Shown: one piece after another, positions 54,544 to 63,859 of the stretch
Position numbering within the stretch: the first letter of the stretch is position 1
Layout: each line of letters opens with the position of its first letter
NCBI GenBank assembly: GCA_965644495.1
Contig: CBFFSA010000045.1
Location: 1-64,000 of the forward strand
DNA: 64,000 bases
Direction: 5' to 3'
Origin: Perkinsela sp. CCAP 1560/9
Taxonomy: Eukaryota; Protista; Euglenozoa: Kinetoplastea
Translations under genes and position numbers: made by a program
Notes under the pieces: generated by a model
Seen by the model: only the letters and a program-made list of their open reading frames with translations
The model's database searches: none
What the model was told of the DNA's origin: nothing

Positions 54544-57151
54544 CTGTACCTTGTTGATTCATTTTAATTTTCTATTTTTCTACGCTTATGACACGCCTTT
54601 CTCGTACGTCTTCTCGTTTAGATTCCGAAAACACGCGGAAAAAGGGCAGCAGAACAACAGTGAACAACGGGAAGTCTCACGGGAGAGTTGAAAAACAACG
54701 TACTCAACGAGATCAAAGCAAGACGAACGGAATAAAGGTAGCAGAAGAATCAGGATCGCACACGGAGACACCAGTGAAGGTGAAGAAGACTCCAAAGATC
54801 AAGATAATAGGTTCCAAAACACTAGCCCCGAATTGGGCGGACCATGAGCCTCCGTGTGAAATCACATCGCGGAATCTAATCAAAATCAAAGCCAAGAACT
54901 TCCGCATCGGATCTACGAGTCAATCACACGAGAACATAGCCCATGACGAAAACCATATCCAAGAGGACCCAGCCAAAGAAATGTCCGAAACAGAAAGCGA
55001 GACCAGTGATACAATGTGTCTGGACGACGATGGATCGACGCAAGATCGAGTACAGGAGCTAATGACACAGGCCGGCAACAAATCGCCCGACCAAGTGTAC
55101 AACATCGTTTCCAAGTGGGGCAAGGGTACAGAATGTGTGATCGAATGGGGCTTCCGACAGAACACTACAAACTACAAGTCAAACGGCATCGTTGTAGGCA
55201 GGACCGTGCGAAAATCAACCGTGAAAGTCAAGATTTCATACGAGCCGGCTCTAGGTCACGATGGTCCATGCGGTTTTCTTTATCTTCCACCGTCCAATAA
55301 AATCAGAATCTGTAACCTCCAAGCCACTAAGTTATTCAAAATCGAGATGCCGACACAAAATTTGGAGGAACAAGCGGAGCACATCTCATGCGAAGACGGT
55401 CAGAGTGACCTTGATCCGCTCCCGCCTATGGCTCAAATAGGCCCATCTTTCGCGGTTCATGTTGTGGCGATTTTCCGTGCGATAATTCGGGGATATGCAG
55501 CGGCGGAGCTTGACTCAGAAAAAGAGGCGATATGGCACAAATTTTTGAATGCGCCTCGCGATTCACTTGCGACAGTACGTCAAGCAATTCGACGAAACCA
55601 AAAAGTAGCTCATGTTCGCAACGACCGAGAAAACTTGGAAGCTAGCAACTTGAGTGCGGAACAACGGGCGGAGTTAGAAATTGACAGGCGTTCGATCAGG
55701 CACGCCCTACAGACGGCGCGGGCAGGAAACCTTGGCAAAGCAACTCGGATCCTGGACAATGTCTACAAGGAATCAGCTCTCACTCCTGAAGAAAAAGTGC
55801 GAAAGCTTCAACAACTTCATCCTGAAGGCGACGCCATACGAATCCCGGAAGCAGACTTCCCACGGACTGGCGTTGTTGAGAAATCAGAGGTTCGCCTAGC
55901 GACCGAAAAATTATCCAGAGGCGCTTCACCAGGACCAACCGGCCTGAGTGAAAGCATGATGCGACTGCTCGTAGACGACGAAGAGTCATGTCTTTCACTT
56001 TGCCACATGCTTCGGGATGTCATCAACGGCGAAGTTCCTCTGAATGTGCGAAAACGTCTAACCCGATGCAGAATCATCGCGCTAGCGAAACCTCAAAATG
56101 GAATTCGACCTATTGCGATGGGGGATACCATTCTGAAGATTTGCGGTTCCATCCTTCTACAACGACATGAAAACGCTCTGCAAAATTTTTTCTCCCCAAT
56201 TCAACGAGGCATTTTGCAAAAAAACGCATGTGAGTCCATCGTTCACGAACTTTTAAATGAATACGAAGAAGGACATGCTCTCCTCACCGTCGATTTTAGC
56301 AACGCGTATAATACACCACAACGCAACGCCATTGCTGAGGCACTCCTTGGTAATCCCATTTTCAAGCCTTTCATGCGCCTATTCTACCTAGAATATGGGA
56401 TTCCCTCTGAGCTGCTATTTTTTGCGCACAATGCTCTGTTTGCTACCATCGAAAGCTCTTCAGGAATTCGCCAAGGATCGGAACTTTCATCAATGTACTT
56501 CTGCGCACTTTTGCAAGGCCCGCTACGAGAACTCATGCACCTCTATCCTGACGTGAAGATCCGAGCATACCAAGACGATGTGACTTTGAGCTCCAAAAAC
56601 GTGCAAGCATTGGAGGCAGCTTTCTTTTACCTGCGTGAGATCGCCGCAGAGATGAACCTCCGAATTAATTTCCAGAAATGCGATTGGTTTCAGAAGAACA
56701 TTCCCAACATAGCTCAGCCTCCTCCGTTGGAAAAACTTGGAGTAAACTTTTGCAGTGATGCGATAAAAGTCTTAGGCGCATACGTAGGTACAGACCAAGT
56801 CGTGGAAAATCTGCTGATCAAGAAAATGGAGAAACACAAGTGCCTATTCCGCAGGTTGTTGCTTATGGGTCCCAGTAATTTGTCTCTTGCCATTCTCCGC
56901 CGTTGTACGATTCCACGGCACGATTACCATCTACGAGTACATCGGCCAGGCGCTACTTTCCAACTAGCACAATCCTTCGAGAACCAAGTAAACAAAGTTC
57001 TAGAAAAGTGGAGTGGAGCAGACGCAAACGCCCTGAAACTCGCCGCTCTACCACAGAAACTCGGTGGCCTAGGCTTAATTTCCTCGACTCTGAAGCAGAA
57101 ACATTTCTTCGAAACTGCCAGCAAATCTATATCGGAAGACGGTCAGAGGAG
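54544..57151 (+). mobile_element. CRE-family element, 3'-truncated after the RT (no endonuclease)
   Basis: SL relic at 54544-54556 and ATG at 54588. The protein is closely similar to 50186-53674 up to GGLGL..FETA. Confidence 0.88.
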
Positions 57152-60100
57152 GTTTCTGTACCTTGTTGCCTTGTTGAATTTTTACTACTTTGCTTTTCTT
57201 TCTTTTATGTCAGAACCTCCCCCGAGGGCGGCGCAAGGCACGCCGTCGCATCAGCAGCAGAACACTGCAGCAGTGAGGTCCACTGGCGTAAAGGAGCACA
57301 ACTTGAACTTTACGGAACAAGCGAATAGACACGAGATTGGATCATGGGACCAGTTTGAGGCAAACAAGAAACTCATCCAAGACGCTAGCACGTACGACGA
57401 CCTCATGTACACAACCCCCATTCCACAGCATATTCCCCTCAACTGGCAAAAGAAGATGGAACACAAAGCGCAAAGCATCGAGAAAAACCCAACGTCAGAC
57501 CACGGCCGCCACAACACGAAAGACGAGGAAACCGCTTTTGCCAGTGTTCGGAGAAATGAAATTCTACGAAGAAGTCAAACTGGAGAGTCATCCTTGAAAA
57601 TTAAGATCAGAAAAGAGACACGACTGAAGAAAACTCCGAAAAAGGTAAAAGTGATACTCCGTAGCTCTGATCTAACGAAGGCGAACCTCGGACAAGCGGA
57701 CATGTCACATGACGAAGGATCGGAGAGCTCATCTGCATCAGGATCAGACATCTCGGAGGACGATCGGGTGGCCGAGGTCGCCGAAGAAACAATGAAAGCT
57801 CCGGACCAAATACTAAAGATAATCAACGACTGGGGAAAAGGAACTACTTGCGAGCTACATTGGAAATTCCGCCACAGCAGTGAGATTTATCAGTCGATTG
57901 GAGAAGTTGTTACGCGACATTCTAGAAAAGGTGCAATCAGGGTAAAGATTTCCTACACACCGCAGCATCAGCCAGGTCCATCAGGATTTCTATATCTACC
58001 TGCATCTCACAAGATTAACATCTTCCGATTACGGGTGGTAAAGCTCAACCGTATTGTGACACAAACGCCATTTTTGGATATCGAAGAAACACAAGATTGT
58101 GACACGGGATGCGACTTGGAGCCTCTTCCCCCACTCGCCCACATCGACCCCACGTTTGCCGCTCACGTCATAGCAATCTTTAGATCAATCCTGCGAGGAT
58201 ATCCCACGCTCAAGCTTATAACAGAGAAAACATCCGTCTGGCACAAGTTTCTAAACGCACCCCGCGACTCACTCACCACTGTGCGACAAGCGATCCAGCG
58301 GAAGTATCATGTGCCAAACAAATTGCGCAACGAGGAGCCGGCGTTCTCCTCACCTGACGAGAAACTTGAACGTGAAGTCGACCGCCGATCAATCCGCAGT
58401 GCGCTTCGAACGGCTAGGGCTGGTAACCTAAGCAAAGCTACGCGTATCCTCGACAACGTATATTTTGACTCGAACCTTAGCGTTGAGGAGAAAGTAGCGG
58501 AGCTCAAGAGTCTACATCCCGATGGAGAGCGCCCACAAGCTCAGACGGACGCAGACCCCCGAACAGGAATCATCGAAAAACACGAACTTCGGGCCGCGAT
58601 AGAGAAACTGGCTCCGGGAGCTTCCCCGGGCCCTACGGGATTGAGTGAAGCCATGTTGCGCCTACTTGCGGATGACGAGGAATCCAGCACCGCGCTCTGC
58701 CATATGTTACGCGATGTAGTGAACGGGGAGATCGCATCGTCGGTGCGTGACAGACTGACACGATGTCGACTAATGGCCATCAACAAACCGCAGAACGGAA
58801 TACGACCGATTGCAATTGGGGAGACTCTATTGAAAGTATGTGGCTCGATCCTTCTAAACAGGAACGAAGAGAAACTGAAGAAATTTTTCCAGCCTGTCCA
58901 AAGAGGGATCCTCCAAAAGAATGCGTGCGAGGGAATTGTTCACGAGGTGCTCGATGAATATGACAAGGGACACGCCATCTTGGCGATCGATTATAAGAAT
59001 GCCTACAATACCCCCACGCGTCAAGCAATCTTCGAAGCACTCAAGAAAGACGGCATCTTCAAACCTTTCATGCGGATTTTTAATCTTGAGTACGGGGACT
59101 CGTCTGATCTGCTCTTCTTTGCCAATAACTCGCTCCATTCGATCGTGAAGAGCACTTCTGGCGTTCGACAGGGCTCAGCGCTTTCGTCACTATACTTCTG
59201 TGCCCTGATACAGGATTCGCTCAAAGAAATCGAAGAGTCCTTTCCAGATGTAACGGTTCGAGCGTACATGGACGACATAACCTTGTCATCAACAAATCCC
59301 CTATCCTTGCAGACCGCCTTTCTACACCTGCACGAATCTTCACGACTTCTGGGACTGGAAATGAACTTCCAGAAATGCGAATGGTTCAAGAAAACAGACA
59401 CTCCATGGACGCCCCAAACTCTGCAAGCGATGGGGGTAGCCTGCCCGCAAGAAACAGTGAAAATTCTAGGTGCATATATCGGACAGGACGAGATGGTAAG
59501 TGAATGCCTAAAGAAAAAGATGGACAAACACAAGTGTCTCTTTCGCCGTCTTCGACTCATGGGACCGAGCAACCTATCCCTCGCAATTCTGAATCGGTGC
59601 GCCATCCCCCGTCAAGACTATCACCTCCGAGTACACAAGCCCGAAGCATCCCTTGAAATCGCCCAGCAGTTCGACGCGGAAGTAGGCAGTATTATTCAGC
59701 ATTGGTTTAATGCAACGGGCCCTACTGCAAAACTCGCCACACTTCCGCAATATCTCGGCGGACTCGGACTTACTCCGTCATGTTTGAAGCAAAAGCACTT
59801 TTTCCAAGCGTCTCGCAAAGCCATTGAAGAGCAATCCAAAACCAATAACGCTCCGGTGGTCATAGCGGGATCCAAGCGAAACAGGGCTCTGAACGAACGT
59901 GACAGCCAGAAGAATGATACTTCCAAGCGATTAGTCATGAAAGCAATACGATCTGAACAAAAACGATTTGCAACCGAGCTGAGAAAGGACATGCGCCTCA
60001 AAGAACTAATGGAGCGAGGATCCGCAACATTTCACCACCTGCAATCAACCAGCAACTACATCAATCCGTACCTCTTCCGTTTCTGTATAATGATGCGCCT

Positions 60101-60779
60101 GGGAATAGTGCCAGAAAATATGCCTAAGAGTGTGGTATGCCCGGGATGCCTGACAGAATATTCTTCTGATACCATCTTCCAGCACATTCCTGGATGTACA
60201 CAATGCTGTGGGATAAATGCAACGAAGAAGCACACACGATTAGTCCGTTTCCTAGGTGAATTGTGTGCCAAAGCAGGGGTGCCCCATGTTATAGAACCTC
60301 GAGTACATTCATCATTCTTCTGCACCAAATGTAAGGCCACCATATCCGAAGAGCTCTCTGAACATCACCCATGCAGAGCAAGACGTATGCGATCAGGCCC
60401 TGATCTCGGTATCATGTGGTCCCATCTCGGAGAAATTCTCTACGATGTCACCGTAGTTCACAGTTGTGCCCCGAGCTATGCCAAAACCTCCGTCGAGCAG
60501 TTAATCCAAAATGCCCTTGAGCGCAAGCACAAAAAATACGTTGTACAAGGGGGCATACCGAAAGAAAGTTTCAGCTGCTTGGCAATGACCGAATTAGGAC
60601 AGTTGCACAACAACACGAAAACTCTCATTGTCTCGCTCGCACAACGGTCACAACAAAACGTGAAGGATGTCAAAGAAGCGTTCCAACTTGAAATAGAGAA
60701 GATGAACGCGTACACAATTGCCACGCAACTCCGACAATACTTTCCACCGATTCAGTGGCTCGGAGGACTTGAACACTAA
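54588..60779 (+). CDS. 2,063-aa read-through ORF: chimera of two CRE-family elements (two RT domains)
   Basis: The translated SL/5' UTR (RFLYLVALLNFYYFAFLSF) sits at the junction, so this is best read as two ORFs. Confidence 0.4.
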   Translation: MTRLSRTSSRLDSENTRKKGSRTTVNNGKSHGRVEKQRTQRDQSKTNGIKVAEESGSHTETPVKVKKTPKIKIIGSKTLAPNWADHEPPCEITSRNLIKIKAKNFRIGSTSQSHENIAHDENHIQEDPAKEMSETESETSDTMCLDDDGSTQDRVQELMTQAGNKSPDQVYNIVSKWGKGTECVIEWGFRQNTTNYKSNGIVVGRTVRKSTVKVKISYEPALGHDGPCGFLYLPPSNKIRICNLQATKLFKIEMPTQNLEEQAEHISCEDGQSDLDPLPPMAQIGPSFAVHVVAIFRAIIRGYAAAELDSEKEAIWHKFLNAPRDSLATVRQAIRRNQKVAHVRNDRENLEASNLSAEQRAELEIDRRSIRHALQTARAGNLGKATRILDNVYKESALTPEEKVRKLQQLHPEGDAIRIPEADFPRTGVVEKSEVRLATEKLSRGASPGPTGLSESMMRLLVDDEESCLSLCHMLRDVINGEVPLNVRKRLTRCRIIALAKPQNGIRPIAMGDTILKICGSILLQRHENALQNFFSPIQRGILQKNACESIVHELLNEYEEGHALLTVDFSNAYNTPQRNAIAEALLGNPIFKPFMRLFYLEYGIPSELLFFAHNALFATIESSSGIRQGSELSSMYFCALLQGPLRELMHLYPDVKIRAYQDDVTLSSKNVQALEAAFFYLREIAAEMNLRINFQKCDWFQKNIPNIAQPPPLEKLGVNFCSDAIKVLGAYVGTDQVVENLLIKKMEKHKCLFRRLLLMGPSNLSLAILRRCTIPRHDYHLRVHRPGATFQLAQSFENQVNKVLEKWSGADANALKLAALPQKLGGLGLISSTLKQKHFFETASKSISEDGQRRFLYLVALLNFYYFAFLSFMSEPPPRAAQGTPSHQQQNTAAVRSTGVKEHNLNFTEQANRHEIGSWDQFEANKKLIQDASTYDDLMYTTPIPQHIPLNWQKKMEHKAQSIEKNPTSDHGRHNTKDEETAFASVRRNEILRRSQTGESSLKIKIRKETRLKKTPKKVKVILRSSDLTKANLGQADMSHDEGSESSSASGSDISEDDRVAEVAEETMKAPDQILKIINDWGKGTTCELHWKFRHSSEIYQSIGEVVTRHSRKGAIRVKISYTPQHQPGPSGFLYLPASHKINIFRLRVVKLNRIVTQTPFLDIEETQDCDTGCDLEPLPPLAHIDPTFAAHVIAIFRSILRGYPTLKLITEKTSVWHKFLNAPRDSLTTVRQAIQRKYHVPNKLRNEEPAFSSPDEKLEREVDRRSIRSALRTARAGNLSKATRILDNVYFDSNLSVEEKVAELKSLHPDGERPQAQTDADPRTGIIEKHELRAAIEKLAPGASPGPTGLSEAMLRLLADDEESSTALCHMLRDVVNGEIASSVRDRLTRCRLMAINKPQNGIRPIAIGETLLKVCGSILLNRNEEKLKKFFQPVQRGILQKNACEGIVHEVLDEYDKGHAILAIDYKNAYNTPTRQAIFEALKKDGIFKPFMRIFNLEYGDSSDLLFFANNSLHSIVKSTSGVRQGSALSSLYFCALIQDSLKEIEESFPDVTVRAYMDDITLSSTNPLSLQTAFLHLHESSRLLGLEMNFQKCEWFKKTDTPWTPQTLQAMGVACPQETVKILGAYIGQDEMVSECLKKKMDKHKCLFRRLRLMGPSNLSLAILNRCAIPRQDYHLRVHKPEASLEIAQQFDAEVGSIIQHWFNATGPTAKLATLPQYLGGLGLTPSCLKQKHFFQASRKAIEEQSKTNNAPVVIAGSKRNRALNERDSQKNDTSKRLVMKAIRSEQKRFATELRKDMRLKELMERGSATFHHLQSTSNYINPYLFRFCIMMRLGIVPENMPKSVVCPGCLTEYSSDTIFQHIPGCTQCCGINATKKHTRLVRFLGELCAKAGVPHVIEPRVHSSFFCTKCKATISEELSEHHPCRARRMRSGPDLGIMWSHLGEILYDVTVVHSCAPSYAKTSVEQLIQNALERKHKKYVVQGGIPKESFSCLAMTELGQLHNNTKTLIVSLAQRSQQNVKDVKEAFQLEIEKMNAYTIATQLRQYFPPIQWLGGLEH

Positions 60780-61000
60780 TCTGAATTTCCTTTCACTTAC
60801 AACCTCTATTCGATTTGATAAAATTCCCCGTCATCTACGTTGATATCATCTCATGATCTAAGTTGATATTAACTTATTTCAGATAAAGAGCTCACGGAGA
60901 GTATTGCTGCTGTTAATGTCTGTACTTTTCTCAATATGCTTTACAATAGGAGGAACCAAGGAGTGAATTTTGTTTGTTTGGAGTGAATTTTGCTTGTTTT
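57152..61000 (+). mobile_element. CRE-family non-LTR retrotransposon with an N-terminal LsmAD-like domain
   Basis: SL relic at 57152-57168 and an intact ORF. The 3' boundary is approximate and no poly(A) is seen. Confidence 0.85.
57207..60779 (+). CDS. LsmAD-like + beta domain + RT (AYMDD) + CCHC + RLE polyprotein, 1,190 aa
   Basis: First ATG after the SL relic; all RT and RLE motifs present. Confidence 0.88.
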   Translation: MSEPPPRAAQGTPSHQQQNTAAVRSTGVKEHNLNFTEQANRHEIGSWDQFEANKKLIQDASTYDDLMYTTPIPQHIPLNWQKKMEHKAQSIEKNPTSDHGRHNTKDEETAFASVRRNEILRRSQTGESSLKIKIRKETRLKKTPKKVKVILRSSDLTKANLGQADMSHDEGSESSSASGSDISEDDRVAEVAEETMKAPDQILKIINDWGKGTTCELHWKFRHSSEIYQSIGEVVTRHSRKGAIRVKISYTPQHQPGPSGFLYLPASHKINIFRLRVVKLNRIVTQTPFLDIEETQDCDTGCDLEPLPPLAHIDPTFAAHVIAIFRSILRGYPTLKLITEKTSVWHKFLNAPRDSLTTVRQAIQRKYHVPNKLRNEEPAFSSPDEKLEREVDRRSIRSALRTARAGNLSKATRILDNVYFDSNLSVEEKVAELKSLHPDGERPQAQTDADPRTGIIEKHELRAAIEKLAPGASPGPTGLSEAMLRLLADDEESSTALCHMLRDVVNGEIASSVRDRLTRCRLMAINKPQNGIRPIAIGETLLKVCGSILLNRNEEKLKKFFQPVQRGILQKNACEGIVHEVLDEYDKGHAILAIDYKNAYNTPTRQAIFEALKKDGIFKPFMRIFNLEYGDSSDLLFFANNSLHSIVKSTSGVRQGSALSSLYFCALIQDSLKEIEESFPDVTVRAYMDDITLSSTNPLSLQTAFLHLHESSRLLGLEMNFQKCEWFKKTDTPWTPQTLQAMGVACPQETVKILGAYIGQDEMVSECLKKKMDKHKCLFRRLRLMGPSNLSLAILNRCAIPRQDYHLRVHKPEASLEIAQQFDAEVGSIIQHWFNATGPTAKLATLPQYLGGLGLTPSCLKQKHFFQASRKAIEEQSKTNNAPVVIAGSKRNRALNERDSQKNDTSKRLVMKAIRSEQKRFATELRKDMRLKELMERGSATFHHLQSTSNYINPYLFRFCIMMRLGIVPENMPKSVVCPGCLTEYSSDTIFQHIPGCTQCCGINATKKHTRLVRFLGELCAKAGVPHVIEPRVHSSFFCTKCKATISEELSEHHPCRARRMRSGPDLGIMWSHLGEILYDVTVVHSCAPSYAKTSVEQLIQNALERKHKKYVVQGGIPKESFSCLAMTELGQLHNNTKTLIVSLAQRSQQNVKDVKEAFQLEIEKMNAYTIATQLRQYFPPIQWLGGLEH

Positions 61001-61017
61001 AATAGTTTACTCATTAT

Positions 61018-61842
61018 TCATTCTTTATATTCTTGGTAGGTGTTCTTTATAAAAAGTGTGTTCTTTATAAAAAGTGTGTTCTTAAGCTTGTGAATTTTAT
61101 TAAGCAAAGAATGTAAAGTCACTGGAGGCAGTAGTTTTGTTCGCTCCCGCCCACCTCCCCACGCCGTGTGCCGGCGAACACCCACTCGTAAGTCAGGAAG
61201 TACTGCCGGGCCATCTCCTAAAGGTCCTCGCCGGTGTTCTCGGTACGTGGCAGCCTCGAGAAGAGAAATGAAACTTCTGAGAATAGCGTCAGGATCCTGC
61301 TGATTGTTGTTGTTATTGTTCATGATGAAAAGCAGAACTGAGTAAAAAGGAAGCGCTGAGACTTTTATCTGCTTTGATGGTGGTGGTTTAAGTTTTCTCT
61401 CGTGTTTTGACCCCGAGTGTGGGCTAGATTTGATTCGAATAGCTTCTTGTGTCTGACTTGAATTGGGAGAAGCTCTGGGTCGCAGCTGCATTCCGTTTGA
61501 AAGCTTCTTTATGACTGGAGGTTCCTGCGTTTTAGAGGCTGTCACACTGGAATACTTGTCCTCTTCGTCTCGATGCTTATCGTGTCCTTGATCCGGCGTT
61601 GTGTCTACACCTATCTCTTCCACGACGCGTGTTAGTTTCTCGTTCCACTCTTTCGATGTGTGTGCGGGTATGCCTGTTGTATAAAGCAAATCGTTGTATG
61701 TACTTGGCTTGTTGTTCGTGAGTTTTTCGTTAGCGGCAAATTGGTTCCATGATCCGAGTTCATGCCTGTTAGCTTCTCTGGTGAAATCAACATTCTGGTC
61801 TTCGTAGTCGCGTTCTCTGCAGGTGAATTGACGCGTGAACAT
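61018..61842 (-). pseudogene. 5' fragment of a third LsmAD-bearing element, chimeric below about 61365
   Basis: SL relic at 61875-61891 (-) and ATG at 61842; GSWNQFAANEKL..STYNDLLYTT..DEEDKYSSV. Confidence 0.75.
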
Positions 61843-62365
61843 TCGGTTTTTGAATAGAATAGATATAATGAAATCAACAAGGTACAGAAACAACGGCTAG
61901 GGGGGACCTTCGATGAATCTTCGTCGAAGGTGTTTTTGACTTTTTTTGACTTTTTTTCTGTATTGTTAGATAACGTCCCGCCCACCCACCGGCCCCCGCG
62001 CCGGCCAGGCGCGATGCCCTATCGTATAGTTTTGATTTTTTTTAAGACCCTTTCTTTTGTTAAGACTTTTTTTGACTTTTTTAACTTTTTGTTTTTGAAC
62101 GAATTTTTCCATTGGCTGTTGAAAACACGTTGCATGAAACATATAATTTCATTTTAATTTCAATAATTTTTTGTTTTTTTGTCTGAATTCTGACTTTCCG
62201 TTTTCTTTCACATTTTGGCTTGGGGGTACGTTCGTTGATTTCTCAACGAACGTACCCTGTGACCGTAAAAAATCTGCAGGACCTTAGAGGGAGGAGGAAG
62301 AAAGGCCCAACTGATAACTACTTGATAATCTTGACCAACTACCTTGATAACAAATTTTAGTACCC

Positions 62366-62573
62366 ATTCGTGGGAAGCAATTTGCGAAGCCCAACTACCT
62401 TGATAACAAATTTTAGTACCCATTTTGGCCGCGCGGGGGCCCCCGCGTGAGCGGGGGTGCGCGCGGCCGCGAAACGGCGAGGGCCCGCGTGAGCGGGCCT
62501 GAGCCGTACCCCGCGTAGGGTTCCCCTGTGCGTCGTTAGTGGGAAGCAATTTGCGAAGCTCACTGAATTTCGT
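62366..62573. repeat. Third copy of the 208-bp GC hairpin module, with a partial left duplication (62336-62368)
   Basis: One difference seen versus 12449-12656. Confidence 0.92.
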
Positions 62574-62575
62574 TC

Positions 62576-62725
62576 TTTCGGTTCTCCCCTATACAGCGCA
62601 CATGTTGGTATTTGCTTATAACCATCCCACAACGGCGTCCCTGTCGCTATTCTGCGCATCTTATTGACTTCTGTGTCAAGTATCTTTAATTCTACACCTG
62701 TCGGAATCAAAGAGGCTAAACCGTT
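62576..62725 (-). pseudogene. RTE-like RT thumb fragment, cut by the GC module
   Basis: LDTEVNKMRRIATGTPLWDG..CALY is homologous to 29535-29640. Confidence 0.7.
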
Positions 62726-62990
62726 ACCTTAGGTAATGCAAATAAGGCGCCCCTTGACCAAAAAAAAAACCACTCTATCTTTTGAGGGTGGATATAAAAA
62801 AAAACACATCACACATTCCAAAAATTTGACCGAATGGCACCCACCCTAGTTTCTTAGTACCTTGTTATATATTCGGTACCGGGCGGTGCCACCCATTCTG
62901 CATTGTCGGAAAGTCCATCATAATGACCCAGTTGATATGCGCGACGGTAATTGTGCCAGAAATTCCATGTATGCTCGGAGTGTACGTGTA

Positions 62991-63518
62991 CTATGAAAGA
63001 TACTTCTCTTGACCAGTTGATAATGCCAATAAGAAAGTTGAAAGCTCTGCCCGTATTGGTGTTGCGTTAATAGAGTCCAACGTTTTGTCGTTAGTCGCTA
63101 GAATCTCGTTTCCTTCGAAGGCTACAGCACATGCCCCTGCGAATATATTGTTCGAAAGCTTTCTCACTGAACCATCACAATATATATGAAGCAAGTTGTT
63201 ATGGGGCCAAAGTGTCTCACCCTCCTCTTGAAACTGCAATGCGTGCCATTTTTCCAGAGAGTTTTGATTCGATTGCAGAATCTTTGCAACTTCTGCTATT
63301 CTTTTAGTTGAATCAAAAGGATTATAATAGGCGATAGGTTCTAGTCGTTGGTACAAATTCTGAATAAGATTACGCCAAGAACATCGATCAAGTGCCCGTT
63401 CGTGCATTTCTATTGGATCTATTGCTAGATCCTGGGCACAAGCTTCAGACAATGAGCGTATGCGTGCCTCTTCCCTTATGTTCCATAATGCAACATTCGC
63501 AAAAGGGGAATCATGCCG
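62991..63518 (-). pseudogene. RTE-like thumb + partial RNase H fragment
   Basis: LSEACAQDL, ALDRCSW, IYCDGS, RAEL. Confidence 0.75.
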
Positions 63519-63749
63519 CAAAAGAAAGTCGCAACATATGTGGACTCCAATTTAATTCCGCGCGAGCAATTCGTATGCCTACCGCTTTTGACAGGTGGTG
63601 CCATGAACAAGAGCACTATAAATTTCCTCCATAGCCTCGCGGATGCAAACGGATTCGAACGCCGTCATATTCTTGAGGACTTCAAGTTGCTTCTTCAAGA
63701 ATTGAACGGAGCTCTCCTGGCTTCGCAACTGCGAAAGACAATGCAATAA
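63519..63749 (+). pseudogene. 3' fragment of a CRE-family RLE domain
   Basis: Y V..F.CL..G.M..T..LA..F.L.LQ.LNG..LASQLR pattern matches the C-termini at 53430-53674 and 60535-60779. Confidence 0.65.
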
Positions 63750-63859
63750 AACAGGTCATCTCATATTACAAGATGTTATTATTACAAGATTTTATCATTA
63801 CTAAGATCACTATCAGATTACAACCAAACATTAAATGGCATTTTCCATACTTCATCTCA

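Noticed and set aside
54588-60779. A genuine two-RT protein with a transmembrane linker
   Set aside because: The hydrophobic linker is the translated SL and T-rich 5' UTR of the second element.
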